From positions 49,331-113,330 of the forward strand of contig NMRA01000338.1 in the NCBI GenBank assembly GCA_002633005.1: a DNA stretch of 64,000 bases. Direction: 5' to 3'. A model generated the notes under the pieces. That model was not told the DNA's origin. It saw only the letters and a program-made list of their open reading frames with translations, and made no database searches. Positions 62,043-64,000 of this stretch are shown one piece after another; position 1 is the stretch's first letter; the number at the start of each line of letters is the position of its first letter. Source of the DNA: Phoronis australis (Eukaryota > Animalia > Phoronida). Made by a program: the position numbers and the translations under genes.

Positions 62043-62792
62043 CTGAAATGCACATGACATTACAAAGCTTTATGGAGGAGGGATATAACTCACTGGAGCT
62101 CTTAGACCTAAAATAGGCTGGACATTACATAGCCTTACCGAGGAGATACGTAGATGATAGGGGCTTTCAGAGCCCACGCAGATGGAAAAATACAAGCCGA
62201 GATGTGTGCCTCAAGTGAACAGTGGCTGAGGTCACAGCTCACATAAAGACGTCAAAACATTACAACTGAATGAACTAGCTGCTGGCTCACTAAATTGTTC
62301 TGACCTTGACCTTTGTTCTAGCCTTGACCTGAGCTGTGAGTTTGGCTATCCTTCATTTGAGACAGACAGCTCAGCTTGTAACCATCTGTCTATGGTGCTC
62401 TGAACACCAAGCAACACAATCTTTCACAATGAGACATGGACTACAGACACCTTGGACTAACATTAACAAGAAATTAATAAGTCGTTTTCTTCAAAGCATG
62501 TCAGTCTATTAACAGAATTACCTTTAGGTTACAAATAGTTCCTTCACAGCTTATGAACAAAGATTGATACATCTAAAATATGCTCATTTGAGTAAACTTA
62601 GTGTTGTACACGTCTCCAAAGCAAAATAAACATTGTTATTACAAATGGTACACAATGATGGCATTAAAACATTGCCAAATATAACTTCTGTTTCTAGCTT
62701 GATCAGTCAGAGCAGTGAGACAGAATTCATCTACAACAATGCACTAGTTGCCTGCAGCTACATCTATGACTTCATACAATAGTAATACATAC

Positions 62793-62816
62793 CTCCGTCA
62801 CCAGTACCACCACCAC
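62793..62816 (-). CDS. vasa: vasa/DDX4 24-nt Gly-rich microexon (GGGGTGDG); upstream exons not identified in this window
   Basis: Minus strand reads tttcacag|GT GGT GGT GGT ACT GGT GAC GGA G|gtatgt. Phase 1-1 matches the phase-1 start of the next exon (G|CT = Ala). Confidence 0.75.
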
Positions 62817-64000
62817 CTGTGAAATAGGAATATCCACATTAACAGAAACTAAAAATGCAGCTGTAGGGTATAGTTCATGCTTATTACCTGAACAACCATT
62901 TTCTACCTGACGAGATTTCAACTCTAAGAACAGCCATTTTGTGCATCACTCAGGTCCCTAGACAAAAATAGGCACCACGGTGAGTTGACTCATAGTTCCC
63001 ACATTGAAGATGGGCATCAAGATGTGTTCATACACGCACATACTGTTCGCGAAATAATGACGTTCAGCAGCTAAAATCGAAAGTTGAATGTTGGCAGAAG
63101 ATGAAGTAGTGCTCTAAGCTTATAATTGTTAAGCTTTGACATTTCAGACCTAAGCAGAATAACATGATCATATTTTCATAATAGCTCGAAATCTCGGGCC
63201 AAACCTGGCACTCATGCCAAAATATGCTCAAGAGCAATGGCACTTCATTTGCACAGAAGCAGCATACAAAGAGCCATATTTCAAGTTCATTTTACAAACT
63301 TTACATGAACAGGCAAGTGATTTCCAGCTTCAAGGAGTTAAATATACGGACAAGTCATGAGGCTCTGGCAATTTTGTTCCACTTTTTCGCTCAGTGAGGA
63401 AACCCTCACGTGGTTTGTACAGAGACGGTCACTGCCATTGACGAAACTAACATCCCAGCCCATCTCCCCAGATTGTACACCAGGCAGAGCAAGAGCGTAA
63501 TCATTGAAAATCAAATGACATACATGGTGTTAAGGATGCAACAATTCTACTTGAATTCGAATGACAGACTTTTGGGGTATTCGCGTGAACCCTTGTCATA
63601 AGACATGCATTCCTCAGTGCTGTGTTCGAAAAATAAAGCGGTTGAGTTTTCTACGAATGGAATCCTAATGAGAAATTTCATTGGGTGCTTGTTATGTATA
63701 AGCATGTTACTGGCCGATTGGAATTATGCTTTCTTACAGCCAACTGGTCTGTGGTGTGGTTGAAAATTGACCCAGTATAAGTTTTGTAGTTGTCTATAAT
63801 CACCTGATGGCACCTGAAAGGGCCTGGATTAGAATTATGGTTGCAAAGGACTTCCAAAATATTGGCTTTGCACTTGTGGAACTTTGCAGAGTTACACTGT
63901 GGTAGCCATGACGTAACTGTGTTTGTCGGATCTGAATTATCAGTTTCATTTAAGACAAAGAAAAACCGATTTCTGGTCTCAGAAAGTAAGGCTGATGCCA

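Overview
Eukaryotic (animal) genomic DNA, AT-rich and transposon-dense, probably from a marine invertebrate (lophotrochozoan-like; this is inference). It is a draft assembly with N gaps. There are three host genes, all on the minus strand. (1) The 3' part of vasa/DDX4: seven internal exons read by hand with consistent splice phases (one a 24-nt microexon, one present in two copies) and a terminal exon ending ...DEEESWD*. (2) A two-exon SoxF-like HMG-box gene of about 350 aa. (3) A 622-aa protein kinase with an uninterrupted CDS and an atypical catalytic loop (IND in place of HRD). The rest is mostly DNA transposons and their relics: Kolobok, Academ, maT/DD37D, hAT, many MITEs, Helentron-like repeats and an L1/Tx1 fragment. 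The most notable object is an internally deleted Kolobok element (20471-22054, TTAA TSD, TIRs of about 155 bp). It carries a THAP transposase 5' end and, convergently, a P2X7-ballast/nanor-like Cys-rich gene, and it is nested inside another TTAA-flanked element. The same family appears to be caught as a filled-versus-empty polymorphic insertion in a haplotype-like duplication at 48.9-51.0 kb. All family assignments come from motif recognition by eye; no searches were run.
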